DNA of 64,000 nucleotides, taken from assembly GCF_001194135.2 (NCBI RefSeq), contig NC_068996.1, forward strand, positions 50,017,505-50,081,504, given 5' to 3'. The notes below the pieces were generated by a model. That model saw only the letters and a program-made list of their open reading frames with translations, did no database searches and had not been told where the DNA came from. Below, one piece after another: positions 21,815-35,378 of the stretch (position 1 is its first letter; every line of letters begins with the position of its first letter). Made by a program: the position numbers and the translations under genes. Origin of the DNA: Octopus bimaculoides. Lineage: Eukaryota.

Positions 21815-22506
21815 GTTTTGAAGAGTGCAGTTCGATTTTAACAGTTATTTTTTCAAAGCTATAATGGAAGTGACAAAGGAGCATATTTTGCTTTATGAGT
21901 TTAATAAAGGTAACAAGCTAACAGAATATGGGGATTGGATAATAAGCGTAAGCCAATGTCAACAATGGTTCCAGAAATTCTGAGCTGGAAACTACAGCCT
22001 AGAAGACGAGCCTGGAATATTTTAGAGCTCAACAAGGACGTCCTGCAAACCCTGGTGGAACAAAATCCCATCATAACTGTTGAGGAACTAGTAGTGAGGC
22101 TTGGATTTGGTCATTCAACCATTCATCACTAGACAAAACATATTCTTCCATCAAGACTGCATGGCCACATACAGTGAGGATGACATTCCAAAAGCTGGAA
22201 CAGTTTGAATGGGAAATGATGCCCCAGCCACCATATTTGCAGGTCATTACCCCATCTGATTGTCACTTATTCTGTAATCTTCAAAATCTTTTGGATGGAA
22301 AAAATATGAATTCTGTAGATGTGGTCAGAACAATACTGGAGGAGTATTTTTCATCACAGACAAATGAATTTTAGAAGAGGGGCCATGCAAGTCTACCAGA
22401 CAGATGGAAGAGCATTGTAGAAAATGAAGGAGAGTATTTTTAGATTAAAAAAGAACTTTGTTTACCTTGATTTTGAAAAATAAGTATAAAAAAACTGCAT
22501 TATTTA
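21815..22506 (+). mobile_element. Internally deleted mariner relic
   Basis: HILLYEFNKG, QWFQKF...SLEDEP, PQPPY...PSDCHLF and LPDRWKSIVENEGEY remnants in broken frames. Confidence 0.88.
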
Positions 22507-22807
22507 TATATATGTGTGTGTGTGTGTGTGCTCCGAATAAATTTGACAGCTGGCATAAAAGAAAAAGAAAACACAATATCCCACTCAAAAATATACTATA
22601 ACTTCAGCAAACAAAACCATTTACAAATTTATACTGTTTCTGCCACATATATCCCTGAATCATGTGCTTGGTATTAGTTGCTTTAACTATTGTGGGTTGT
22701 AAGCCTTAAGATCTATTGAAATGAATAAAAAAAAAAGTCATCTATAATAATAAATGCAAATGGGAATGTCAGTGTGTCACACTTCTTCAACTTTACTCCT
22801 CCGACCC

Positions 22808-22940
22808 CCTCTCTGACTATTCAATGACACTTCTACTATTCCTCATGCTTTAACCTCTCTCTCACTATTCAATGACACTTCTACTATTCCTCATGCTTTA
22901 TCCCTCTCTCACTATTCATTGACTTCTACTATTCTTCATT
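22808..22940. repeat. 47-48 bp tandem repeat, about 2.7 copies
   Basis: ctattcaatgacacttctactattcctcatgc at 22817, 22865 and 22912. Confidence 0.85.
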
Positions 22941-23094
22941 TTTGGGGGGTTTTTTCTTAATCTTAACATTTTGAAAAAAATATTTCTCTAAACTGTATCA
23001 AGTAATTTAACCATAACATGTGCTTCATAATGTTTGGAACTGAAATACATACTGAACTCATTCTCTCATACAATATTACTTCTCATAACTCTCT

Positions 23095-23266
23095 ACCATA
23101 AAAATGTTGAAAACTTAGTATTTTTTCAGATATTAATAAAATTTGTCAGACCTATTTTCATGCCATCAGAGCCATAAAAACTTAGCATACTCCGACTGCA
23201 TGAAAATAGATTTGACTAATTTTATTATTATCTTAAAAAATACTAAATTTCAAACATCTTTATGGT
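23095..23266. repeat. AT-rich palindrome: 69-bp arms, 34-nt loop
   Basis: 23095-23163 versus the reverse complement of 23198-23266: 60 of 69 positions match by manual count. Confidence 0.85.
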
Positions 23267-23873
23267 CAAATGTGTTTAGAGTAATTCCAAACCATAAAAA
23301 TCGAACTTTAAAATAGTGTTTAGTGACAGTGGTGTAATTTCCTATCAAACTTTGAACAGGAGTTTAGATATGTACCAGCTACTACAAATAATTGTTTGTA
23401 TGAAAAGTAAGGCCCTACATACATCAAATTTTCTTTAAATTAAGTGGCGGCAGAAGAATTATCGTTGAACTTTTAAAAGGTAAGTTTATTGTTGCCTATA
23501 GCCAGTTATATGTTAATTGTTCAAGGGTAAGGAATAGAAACAAGCTATTTGTACTGACCCCGAATGGGAAGACAAAAAATGTTTCTCATGCAGTTTTGCA
23601 ATAAGTTCCAAGTCAACAAATTATTTCATTGCTTTGATGAAAATTGTTCATTGCTTGAAAGATATTGGTCAAGTTTAATAAGATTTAATATGTACTCAAT
23701 GCATGAAATGTCATTGTTGGGCCCAAGGTCCACAGGAGCTAGCTTAAAAGCTAGTATTAAATATAGGGCAGTCATCAAAGATCTTCAACTTTGCTATTAG
23801 CATATTTCTGATGAAATACACTGGCTTTGTTTCAATTAGTTTTGAAAATAAGGAAAAATTGGGAGAAAATGTC

Positions 23874-24183
23874 ACTTGACAACTTGTTGGGGCTGCCTGC
23901 TGGAGCCTAGCAGTAGGTATTTAAAGGGAAATTTGACAAGACAGTCAGTCGGACGCTGACACTCATTGATGCTGCATTGAAGAGGCCAGGGAACAGAAGA
24001 AAAAAGACATGCACTCAACACCAGAGCTGAAGACATGTCCGAAAGTGGGGGCCCCGCCACGTCAAAACGGTAGAGGAGTAGGGGCTGAAACCGGACGTGG
24101 TTCCTCCTGATGATGTCTTGAGCTAATTGGATCCTATAAAGGAGCTGTTATGGTAGCAGACCATGAAACATGGTTGAAATTCC
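23874..24183. mobile_element. Second copy of the 11.7-12.0 kb Penelope-like LTR element
   Basis: About 300 bp colinear with 11728-12035, roughly 90% identical by eye. Confidence 0.8.
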
Positions 24184-24184
24184 T

Positions 24185-25560
24185 GTCATTATTAAGCTGA
24201 TGTTTGAAAAAAATTAACATGAAATTCTGATGGAAGGTTTTAATTTGGATCACTTTAACCCTTTTGTTACCATATTTCTGTTGGAATTCACTGTTTTTGT
24301 TTCAATCAGTTTTGAAAATAAGGAAGAATTTAAGATAATTTTGTCATTATTAAGCTGGTATTTAGAACATAAATAAACACAAAATTCTGATGGAAGGTTT
24401 TAATTTGGATCACTTTAACCCTTTTGTTACCATATTTCTGTTGGAATTCACTGCNNNNNNNNNNNNNNNNNNNNNNNNNNNNNNNNNNNNNNNNNNNNNN
24501 NNNNNNNNNNNNNNNNNNNNNNNNNNNNNNNNNNNNNNNNNNNNNNNNNNNNNNNNNNNNNNNNNNNNNNNNNNNNNNNNNNNNNNNNNNNNNNNNNNNN
24601 NNNNNNNNNNNNNNNNNNNNNNNNNNNNNNNNNNNNNNNNNNNNNNNNNNNNNNNNNNNNNNNNNNNNNNNNNNNNNNNNNNNNNNNNNNNNNNNNNNNN
24701 NNNNNNNNNNNNNNNNNNNNNNNNNNNNNNNNNNNNNNNNNNNNNNNNNNNNNNNNNNNNNNNNNNNNNNNNNNNNNNNNNNNNNNNNNNNNNNNNNNNN
24801 NNNNNNNNNNNNNNNNNNNNNNNNNNNNNNNNNNNNNNNNNNNNNNNNNNNNNNNNNNNNNNNNNNNNNNNNNNNNNNNNNNNNNNNNNNNNNNNNNNNN
24901 NNNNNNNNNNNNNNNNNNNNNNNNNNNNNNNNNNNNNNNNNNNNNNNNNNNNNNNNNNNNNNNNNNNNNNNNNNNNNNNNNNNNNNNNNNNNNNNNNNNN
25001 NNNNNNNNNNNNNNNNNNNNNNNNNNNNNNNNNNNNNNNNNNNNNNNNNNNNNNNNNNNNNNNNNNNNNNNNNNNNNNNNNNNNNNNNNNNNNNNNNNNN
25101 NNNNNNNNNNNNNNNNNNNNNNNNNNNNNNNNNNNNNNNNNNNNNNNNNNNNNNNNNNNNNNNNNNNNNNNNNNNNNNNNNNNNNNNNNNNNNNNNNNNN
25201 NNNNNNNNNNNNNNNNNNNNNNNNNNNNNNNNNNNNNNNNNNNNNNNNNNNNNNNNNNNNNNNNNNNNNNNNNNNNNNNNNNNNNNNNNNNNNNNNNNNN
25301 NNNNNNNNNNNNNNNNNNNNNNNNNNNNNNNNNNNNNNNNNNNNNNNNNNNNNNNNNNNNNNNNTAACATGAAATTCTGATGGAAGGTTTTAATTTGGAT
25401 CACTTTAACCCTTTTGTTACCATATTTCTGTTGGAATTCACTGCTTTTGTTTCAATCAGTTTTGAAAATAAGGAAGAATTTTAAATAATTTTGTCATTAT
25501 TAAGCTGGTGTATAGAACATTGGTATTTAAATTAACATGAAATTTCAATGTAAGATTTTA
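24185..25560. repeat. About 158-bp tandem repeat flanking an assembly gap
   Basis: gtcattattaagctg recurs at 24185, 24343 and about 25492; 'aaattctgatggaaggttttaatttggatcactttaacccttttgttacc' occurs three times. Confidence 0.75.
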
Positions 25561-28532
25561 ATTGAGATAATTTTAATCCTTTTATTACAATATTTCTTTT
25601 GAAATATATTTCCCTTGTTTCAATTAACTTTGGAAATAGTGAAAGATTTATTGAAATAACTTTGATATCATGGAGCTAGTATTTAGAATATAAATTAACA
25701 TGAAATTTTGGTGAATGGTTTTAATTTAGATAATTTTAACCTTTAGCATTCAAACTGGCCTGCACAACGTATTTCCAAAAATTAACAGTCATCGAAATCC
25801 AAAAGCTATGAAATAATGCATTATTAATTGAAAATAATGTGAATAAATAAGCATTACATTTGACAAGAGTAACCTGAATGCAGAAGAGTTAAACAAAAAG
25901 CTTGCATCTTAAAAGCATGGAAAACCTCAAATGGTTAAAGAATCATAATTGCAGTGTTGCTTTTCATGATGTCTTGATTTAGAGTTTTGCCCATCATCAT
26001 TGTTTAACGTCTGCTTTCCATACTGGCATGGGTTGGATGATTTGACTGAGAACTGGCAAGCCAGAAGGCTGCACCAGGCTCCAATCTGATTTGGCAGAGT
26101 TTCTACAGCTGGATGCCCTTCCTAACGCCAACCACTCCGAGAGTGTAGTGGGTGCTTTTACGTGCAACTGGCACGAAGGCTAGTCAGGCGGTACTGGCAA
26201 CGACCATGCTCAAAAATGTGTTTTTTACATGCCACCGGCACGAGAGCCAGTCCAACGGCATTGACAATGACCTCACTTGAATGTTGTTTCATGTGCCACC
26301 GGCACATGAAGGCGACGCTAGTAACGATTATGCTCAAATGGTGCTATTTATGGGCCACTAGCACAGAAGCCAGACAGCTGCTCTGGCAATGATCATGCTC
26401 GGACGGTGCTGTTAGTGCTCCACTGGCGCAGGTGCCAGCCATGCTATGTCTAAATACATAGCACTGACACTGAAAAAAGGTTGGCAACTTATTCAAATGT
26501 GTGCGATATATGTTACGTAGGGCGTTTGACTGAGATTGCTTGCAGTAATTAGTTTATCTTTTACTTGTTTCAGCTATTGCAGTGTAGCCATGTCAGGTCA
26601 CCGCTTTAAAGGATATAAATCTTTTTTTTCTTTTAAGTTTGGTTCTTATTCTGTTGGTCTCTGTTGCCAAACCACTAAGTTAGAGGGACATAAATAAACC
26701 AACACTGATTATCAAGCAGTAAGCAAGTACCAAACACAAGGACACACATGACAGGTTTCCACATAGTTTCCGTCTATCAGATTCATTCACAAGGCATTGG
26801 TTGGTCTGGGATTATAGCTGAAGACAATTGCATAAGGTGCTGTACATAAGGTGACTGAAACCTAAACCCATGTGGTGACAGAGCAAGCGTCTTAAAAACA
26901 CAGTCACCATTTTGTTTCTTGATGCATTTGGCTGTGAATAAAGCTAAGTAAATTGAGGTAAAACAGTAATGCATCTGTGTTCTTGTGAACAGGATCATTT
27001 TTAAGAAATAAATTTCTAAGCACAGAATTTTGACAAATTAAATTTAAATGTTGAAGTGAATCTAACGGTTTTTGTGTGTTATTTTAAATGGCTTATAAAC
27101 ACCTTCCACGCTGCAATTGTTTTCGTTCCAGCACACGATCTCAGATCAGGTCACTTGCTATGCAAGTACATCTCCGAAATTTCTAATTTGTTTTTGTAGA
27201 TTTAAATTAACCCTCTTGGAATACCCAGACCAATTGATTGGTCCAAGTGATACAAGCTGAAAGGACTTTGAGGCTGATCCATTGGCCTGATGGAACAAAT
27301 CTTGTGAATGGTTGGTTTTGAGGTGAAATAGCTAATCAGAGATTTTTGGCTACACATACCAACACACTGAGTCTCAAAAGGGTTGATTAAAGTTTCTTTT
27401 TGATTAAATTTAATTTTTTAAAAAATCATAAATAATTTTCCATGGAAGGAAGAAAAACAAACAACAACGGTTCTTTGTTATATATTTTTCAGTTTTTCTT
27501 CATTAAACTTCAAGTTAGTATACAAGGCTGACATGCTGATGATAAAATCATCTTCAAAATAAAATAATTATAACTACATCGGGAGAATGTAAGAATGTTA
27601 GACATTTGTCTACATATACCAAATACAATACATTAGATGTCACAGGAAAAGAATTTAGCTACTGTATCCTGTCTCAGGTAAACAATGGTTATAAAAGGTA
27701 AAAAAAATTGCTTTAGATTCAGCAGCGATATTGTTGTTTAAAATTCAGCAAAATATGAAATTTTAAGAAAACAAATGCAAACAAAACTAATATTTTAAAA
27801 TTACTTCATTTCTCCATCTCAAATATTGCAGTTTTTCACTTAATAAGAAATAAGTTTCAATTTCATTTTGCCAACTACATGAACAGTAGAAGCATTTTTA
27901 AAATCAGTAGGACTTTTATCCATTTCATTAAGTAATCTTCATGACAGGTTTAAAAAATTTATTTATGAACAAATAATAATAATAATAATAATAATAATCC
28001 TTTCTATTATAGGCACAAGGCCTGAAATTTGAGGGGAGGGGGTTAGTCGATTATATCAACCCCGGTGTTTCACTGGTACTCAATTTATTGATTCCGAAAG
28101 GATGAAAGGCAAAGTTGACCTCAGTGGCATTTGAAGTCAGAACGTAGCAACGGGCAAAATACCGCCAAGCATTTTGTCCAGCTTGCAATGATTCTGCCAG
28201 CTCGCCACCTTAATAATAATAATAATAACAATAAAACCAACAAATAGAAGGAAATGTAATTTCAAACATGAAATAATAAATTTTTGAAATTATATGGTGG
28301 TTGAAGGAGAAATTTAATGTTTTTAAGAATTATATTTTACATACCTACAACATGAAGGATTGAATAAAAAAAAAAAAAAAGAGATGCTGCAGGTATTTCC
28401 AAGAGAGAAAAAGAGATGTTAACTGAAATTCCTAAAATATCCTGATATATGAAACTTAAATAATAAAATTATCAACAATTGTCAATTCCAGAAAATGTGT
28501 ATGAGTGTGTGGGCATATATGTACATATATAT

Positions 28533-28738
28533 TCTTTTACTTGTTTCAGTCATTGGACTGTGGCCATGCTGGAGCACTGCACTGAAGGGTTTTAGTTGAA
28601 CAAATTGACCCCAGGACTTAGCTTTCAAGCCTCGCACTTATTCTATGGGTCACTTTTGCCGAGCTGTTATGGGGGACATGAACACACTGACACCAGTTGT
28701 CAAGTAGTGATGTGGGGACAAACACAGGCACAAATAGC

Positions 28739-28770
<32 letters not shown>

Positions 28771-28945
28771 CGTGCGTGTGTGTGTGTGTGGCAGTCTTCT
28801 TTCAATTGCCGTCTACCAAATCCACTCACAACGCTTTAGTTAGCATGAGATAGTAGTAGAAGACACTTGCCCAAATTGCCACACAGTGGGGCTGAACCCA
28901 AAACCATGAAGTTGGGGGAGCTAGCTTCTTACCACACAGCTATAT
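28533..28945 (-). mobile_element. SINE family A copy (others at about 19220-19590, 26555-26910, 48968-49285, 54745-55100 and 56430-56830, all on -)
   Basis: Same head, linker and tail architecture by visual alignment. Confidence 0.85.
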
Positions 28946-30146
28946 GTAATATACACACGCATATATATATATATGTTAGTAGGAAAGGTTGAGTTCTATA
29001 TCATCCATTACTTTGTGGGTTTCCAAAGGTCAATTTCTAATAAAGATTCTTCGTATTTTCATTGGTGGTTTACTGTTGTATGAATTTTGTGAATGTGAAA
29101 ATGCTACATGCATAAGGTGTGTTATGAGAATTTATAGAACATTTATCCTATAGAAACTCAACATGGAGAAGAAAAGATGTTTCTATAGGATACTTGATCT
29201 ATAAATTCTCATCACACACACACATATATATATATATATCCCTTATACACATAGGTATATAAACATACACACATATATATGTACATACATACAATATACA
29301 TATCTGACCTGGGCATGATTTTAAACGGTATCTGATAGCAGGGGTCCTGTTTTAGAAGTTCCAGAGTTTTGAAGAGTGTGAAATCACTTCTTAGCCATTA
29401 CTGGTCTCAGGTTTACTCTGACCTGGAGTAGAAACACTTGTTGGAGTCCTGGCTATGGGTTAATTAGCACTTTATGGAAGAAACTTCAATGTTTTGTAAG
29501 TTCCTTGGGAAGGGAAATGACTAATGGGAGTCAACCGTGAGAAGCAAATCAAGGAGTGGAGTCTTTAGGTAGTCCAGTGCTCTCTTTGACTCCCTTCTGG
29601 CGACTCCAGAGTAGGTGGAGCTCTCCAGTCCTGTAAAGTAATTCACCTTGAAGGCCACTCCAATATAAAAACCTACAGCTTGCTTGTCACAGCAAGTGTC
29701 TCAGCCTGTTAATCCATTGAGATCAGATCTCCAAGTCTAGAGTTGGGGTCAGATTGCAAGGACTGGCTCTCACTTTAAGACTAGTGAAAAGTAGAAATAG
29801 AAACCTTGTAGGGTCAAGAAATGGTTTACATAGCCATTTGGGTGCATGTTGCTCTTCCTCATGAAAATTGAACACAGAGAAACTGCCATTATTATCATCA
29901 TTATCTACTTTAACATTCATTTTTCCATGCTGGTACCACATAAAAGCATGCGTGTAGTGCCATGTAAAAAGCACCCAGCATACTCCATAAAGTGGTTACC
30001 ATTAGGAAGGGTATCCAGCTGTAGAAACCATGCTGGACCAAACTGGAGCTGAGTGCAACTCCCCAGCTTTGGTCAAACTATCCAACACCCATGCCAGCAT
30101 GGACAATGGATGTTAAGTGATGACGATATATATATTTCACACACAC

Positions 30147-30192
<46 letters not shown>

Positions 30193-30223
30193 TTACATAT
30201 ATATATATATATATATATATATA

Positions 30224-30711
30224 CCATATTTGATGGCTTATAAGACGCACCTTTTTTTACCCAAGAATGGCTTAAAAAATTCCCCCTTGTTCAATGCACT
30301 CAATGTAGGCTCAAAACTCGCGACTGTTGGTCAAAGTTATACTTCAGAGGTTACGCAGATGTAGCCTAGCCTAACTCTCTATGGCATTGTAATAGCCTAT
30401 TTTTTCAAAGAAAAAAAAACAACATTTGTTTATTATTATTATTTATCATCATCACAATTACTATTGCTAATATGACTATTACATATGTTGTTATTATCGC
30501 CTAAGGTAACAAAACGTGTGCCGCCATCTACTGGTGAACAATCGCCTACAGTATGTTTATATTGAATGTGGATTCAATAAATTGCTTATAAGTACTGGTA
30601 ATAACTAAGTTATACAGGTTAGTGGAGGAATTAAAACATTATTTTAGTGGCAATTTATTTTACAAAAGTATAGCCTAGGCTAGGGTGCGTCCTATAGGCC
30701 ATCAAATACAG
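30224..30711. mobile_element. Tc1/mariner-superfamily MITE, TA-flanked
   Basis: TA|ccatatttgatggcttataagacgcacc ... ggtgcgtcctataggccatcaaatacag|TA; about 28-bp terminal inverted repeats with 4 mismatches. Confidence 0.85.
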
Positions 30712-30876
30712 TATATTTACATATATATATAAATTTACACACACACACACGGTGCCTTGTTTTCACTTATTTTGTAGCACAAAATCCAAAGCCCTCAGTA
30801 AACTCCCATGTTAGAAATGAGTAGAATCTACCATGTTTGTCACATGTAAGGCAAACAAGACTATACAATATCAAGC

Positions 30877-30909
<33 letters not shown>

Positions 30910-32117
30910 TAATTTCTCTCATGTACACAAATTAGTAGTAATGAACTGAAAGTATGAAGAATCAATACTGCATGAGAGGTTAAATAGAGGAGTACCGTCA
31001 ATGTGATACCGATGGTTTTCATGTTAATATATTTACAATTATTCACCCATTGTTTGAATGATAACAGCAACTCTATCATCTTGTTGGGAGAAAACACACT
31101 CTTGTCTATTATGATTACAGAGTTGCCACTATCATTCAAACAGTAAGTCAAAAAGTGTAAATGCATTAACATGAAACCATTGGTGTCATATCAACAGCAC
31201 TCAACTATAAGAAAAGTATATATGTACACACACATACACATTTTATGGCAATTTTTCACTTTAATACTATGCTTTTCTTCAGATTTATATGGAAGAAAAT
31301 GAGTAAATTTAGAATTGTCACAACTGAATTCCATTCATTCAACAAAAATTCTTGAGGAACATTTTAAATTTTACAGAATTAATATTATTTTGACTGATCA
31401 ACCTGTTTTTTTTTTTAAAATCTTTTTTCTTCTTTTTGCTTACTAGTTTTTATTGAAATAAGAAAATTCAAATAAATAATTAACGATGAATTTCAAACTA
31501 AAATTCCATTTCAGTAATTAAATGAAATTGAAAACATTTCTTGTTCTTCATAAACACCATATAAATGCACTGATCTGGATTCAAAGAACTTATCTGAATA
31601 TGGTCATGATGTAACAAAAGAATCTCCATATGTATTTGCATGTGCGTATGCACACACACACACACATTTGCAGAAATACCATCATCACTAATATCAACTT
31701 TTCCATGCATACATGGATTGGGCAAAGTTTATTGAGGCAGATTTTCTATGGTTGAATGCTCTTCCTGTCACCAACCAAGGTAATATTTCCTCCATGGCGA
31801 GAGAGTGAACATTGGAAACGAATGACACTGCTTGTAATACAAGGGCAATCATTTCACAATTATCACATGATATGAAGACAAAAGAAACACAAATATATAC
31901 ACATTCACATACATACACACAAACTCACACATATACGACGAGCTTCTTTACAATTTCTATCAACCAAATCCACTCAGCAAGGCTTTGGTCAACTTAAAGC
32001 TAGAGTAGAAGACACTTGTCCAAGGTATCATGCAGTAAGATTGAACCTGAAACCATGTAGATGAGAAGCAATCTTCTCAACCAAAAGCCACTCATGCCTA
32101 TTGCGTATGTATGTATA

Positions 32118-33038
32118 CAGACATGACAGAAGTAAATAGACACCCCATAAAACATCGTTTTATGTTTATTCTAATTTGTAAAGGTTTATATTTTTTATTA
32201 ATTGACATTTTTATGTTTCAGGTTCTATATGTGACTGTTTAATCATGCCATGTACAAAAGAAGCCTTGGAACTGTCTGAATTTCAAAATGGCCGTATTGT
32301 GGTTCATTCTGAAGGTGGACATAGCATAAAATTGCAGAAAACTTTGGGGATCCCACTTCCTATAGTTAATAGAGTGATTGTAAAATTCACCAGAGAGAGG
32401 ATGGAGTTCAAATCACCTCGACCAGGGCCCTCTGACAGTACCTTTCTTTTTGTTAAGAGAAGACACTTGTCCAAGGTATCATGCAGTAAGATAATCCTCC
32501 TTGCAAGGCCTCTGACATAGCAGAACAAGTTGATGTCAATCTCAGAACAGCTGTCAGTTATCTCCACAAACTTGGTAACTATGGCAGAGCAGCAAGAAGG
32601 AAGTTACTTTTTCAACCAGCCAACATCAAGCAGAGGAAAGATTGGGCTAGTGAGATGGTGGAGAGGCCACTTGCATTTTGGGACATTGTCATATGTTACT
32701 ATGGCAGAGCAGCAAGAAGGAAGCCACTTCTTCAGCCAGCCAACATCAAGCAGAGAAAAGATTGGGCCAGTGAGATGGTGGAGAGGCCACTTGCATTTTG
32801 GGACACTGTCATATTCTCTGATGAGTCCAGATTTCGTATATTTTCTGACAGTGGTCGAGTGTGAACCTGGAGACTGTGATCAACAATTTGATGTGAAAAG
32901 ATTGCAGCCAACAATGAAACACAGCAGCTATTCTGTGATGGTCTGGGGAGCAATTTGGAGCAATGGTTGATCAGAGCTGGTGGAATGTTAGGGATAACAA
33001 TTGGAAAATACCACATGGTGAACAGAAAATTGGTCGCA
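32118..33038 (+). mobile_element. Tc1-like transposon relic (left end and part of the transposase), running into a gap
   Basis: TA|cagacatgacagaagtaaatagacacccc left end; [23 protein letters not shown] and VMVWGAIW remnants. Confidence 0.88.
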
Positions 33039-33549
33039 NNNNNNNNNNNNNNNNNNNNNNNNNNNNNNNNNNNNNNNNNNNNNNNNNNNNNNNNNNNNNN
33101 NNNNNNNNNNNNNNNNNNNNNNNNNNNNNNNNNNNNNNNNNNNNNNNNNNNNNNNNNNNNNNNNNNNNNNNNNNNNNNNNNNNNNNNNNNNNNNNNNNNN
33201 NNNNNNNNNNNNNNNNNNNNNNNNNNNNNNNNNNNNNNNNNNNNNNNNNNNNNNNNNNNNNNNNNNNNNNNNNNNNNNNNNNNNNNNNNNNNNNNNNNNN
33301 NNNNNNNNNNNNNNNNNNNNNNNNNNNNNNNNNNNNNNNNNNNNNNNNNNNNNNNNNNNNNNNNNNNNNNNNNNNNNNNNNNNNNNNNNNNNNNNNNNNN
33401 NNNNNNNNNNNNNNNNNNNNNNNNNNNNNNNNNNNNNNNNNNNNNNNNNNNNNNNNNNNNNNNNNNNNNNNNNNNNNNNNNNNNNNNNNNNNNNNNNNNN
33501 NNNNNNNNNNNNNNNGAACAAGCATTGGAGATTGGTGGCACTGCTCATG

Positions 33550-34915
33550 GAGGTTGGTGATGGTGCAAAGGTGGTATATCCAGGTTGTTGGCAGCCAGTG
33601 GTGTGAAATTCACCAGTAGGGCATACCTCTGGTGATGGCAATAGGACAGATCATACTTCTTGTTGATGGATACTACAGGTTGGTAGAAGATGCGCAGTTT
33701 TTCGTGGAGGCAGAGCTGGTAAATAGGGGTGCCAGGTGAATATGGTAGTGCCTTGTCAACAACAATCCACTTGATACTGGGTGCTTCATCTCAGAGGTCA
33801 CAGACAAAGCAAGACAAGTAAGTAGAGTCCTCTCTATCCCTGGATCTGAATGAGTGCCTGTGCTGGGAGTATCACCCCTTGAAGTCATTGGCTGTCATAC
33901 CTATATAGTACCTAATCAGCTGGTGTAAGAGTGGCTCTGTATAATATGGCCCTTGAGAGGCAGGATCCTTCTAGAGGGCAGGTCATGGAGTTTCGGCAGT
34001 TGCAGGTTGGAATTGGGGTTGTGTGCATATTTTAGTCTGTTGATGTGTACGATGTCTAAGCAGTAGCTCACCATGACATTATGGGGGTTGAAAAACTTGT
34101 AATATTTATGGCCTCTGGGGAAATGTTTCTTAATTAACAACAGGAAGCCTCTAGCTATGTTAGTAGAAACTTCTAGGTTGAATGGGGAGGGGTTTAAACT
34201 AAATAATTTTCATAATCCTCTTGGGGTGAGGGGAGGGGGTCTGGAGATCATCCACATACATCAACCTCTCAGTAAAGCTGTGCCTAGCTGAAGCATCATT
34301 GTAGTGGAGGTGGCCTTATTAAAGATCTCCCTGTTGGCTGAGAGTTTAGACACCTATTTTCTAATACCTAAAACCAAGTTTCTAGAACAGGTGATGGTGG
34401 TGGAGAGTCACCTCGTGTGGATGCATACCATTCCTTAATTAGGCTTCCTGTAGGGGTAGTACTTACCCATGTTCAGGTCTAAAGTTATGTCCAAGAAATT
34501 GACCATAGTCAGGTTGGTGATAACCATTATGGACAGGATGAACTCTTTGAATATCTTTTTTATCAAGTCCTTCCTGAACCTGTTCATGGTGTGGCCATTC
34601 ATATGGCTTAAGATAGCCAGGCTGTCATCCCTATAGAGAGCTATCCTATGTGGATGTGGATGTTTCTTGAGGGTGTCCTAAATGTATAACCTGACAAGAT
34701 TGGCGATTTCAGCCCAGTCAAAACTCCCCATACAGATATCAAACAACAGATTGCCTTCTTTCTTCATCCAGAAGGAATCATTGTGGACCAGAATTGACTT
34801 TTTGGTATTCGTGATGAAAGCATAGAGTGCAGGTCACTATCCATCAAGTTGAGATCCACCATAAACAAATCCACACCATCACTATTTATTCCTGCTAGGA
34901 TTTCCTTTGGCACAT
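33550..34915 (-). mobile_element. Penelope-like element relic (reverse transcriptase and linker)
   Basis: KKEGNLLFDICMGSFD, LYRDDSLA, VNFLDITLNLNMGKYYPYRKPN and KHFPRGHKYYKFFNPHNVMVSYC are typical Penelope-like motifs; many stops. Confidence 0.9.
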
Positions 34916-34928
34916 TGTGTGTGTCCGT

Positions 34929-34974
<46 letters not shown>

Positions 34975-35326
34975 TGTGTTCTTGAGCAAGACACCTTACT
35001 TCACTCAGCTGTAGAAATGAAATGCAACATCACTGGTGCCAAGCTGTATCGGCCCCTTTGCCTTTCCCTTGGAAAAGATTGGCAGCATGGAGAGGGGAGG
35101 CTGGTATGCATGGGCAACTGGTGGTCTTCCAAAAACAACCTTGCCTGGATTTGTGCCTCAGAGGGGAACTTTCTATATGCAATGCCATGGCCATTCATGA
35201 CCAAAGGGGTCTTTATTTAATATATATATATATAAATATAATTAAGGGATCAGCAAATATTTGCTTCACCATATACCGAAGTTCAGAAATAGCAGCTAAA
35301 AAAGCTGAGAATCCTTTACCCTTTTA

Positions 35327-35378
<52 letters not shown>

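Noticed and set aside
3350-33641. Long ORFs of 180-370 aa around 3.4-3.9, 18-19, 24.4-25.4 and 33-33.5 kb
   Set aside because: They are open only because they run through N gaps.
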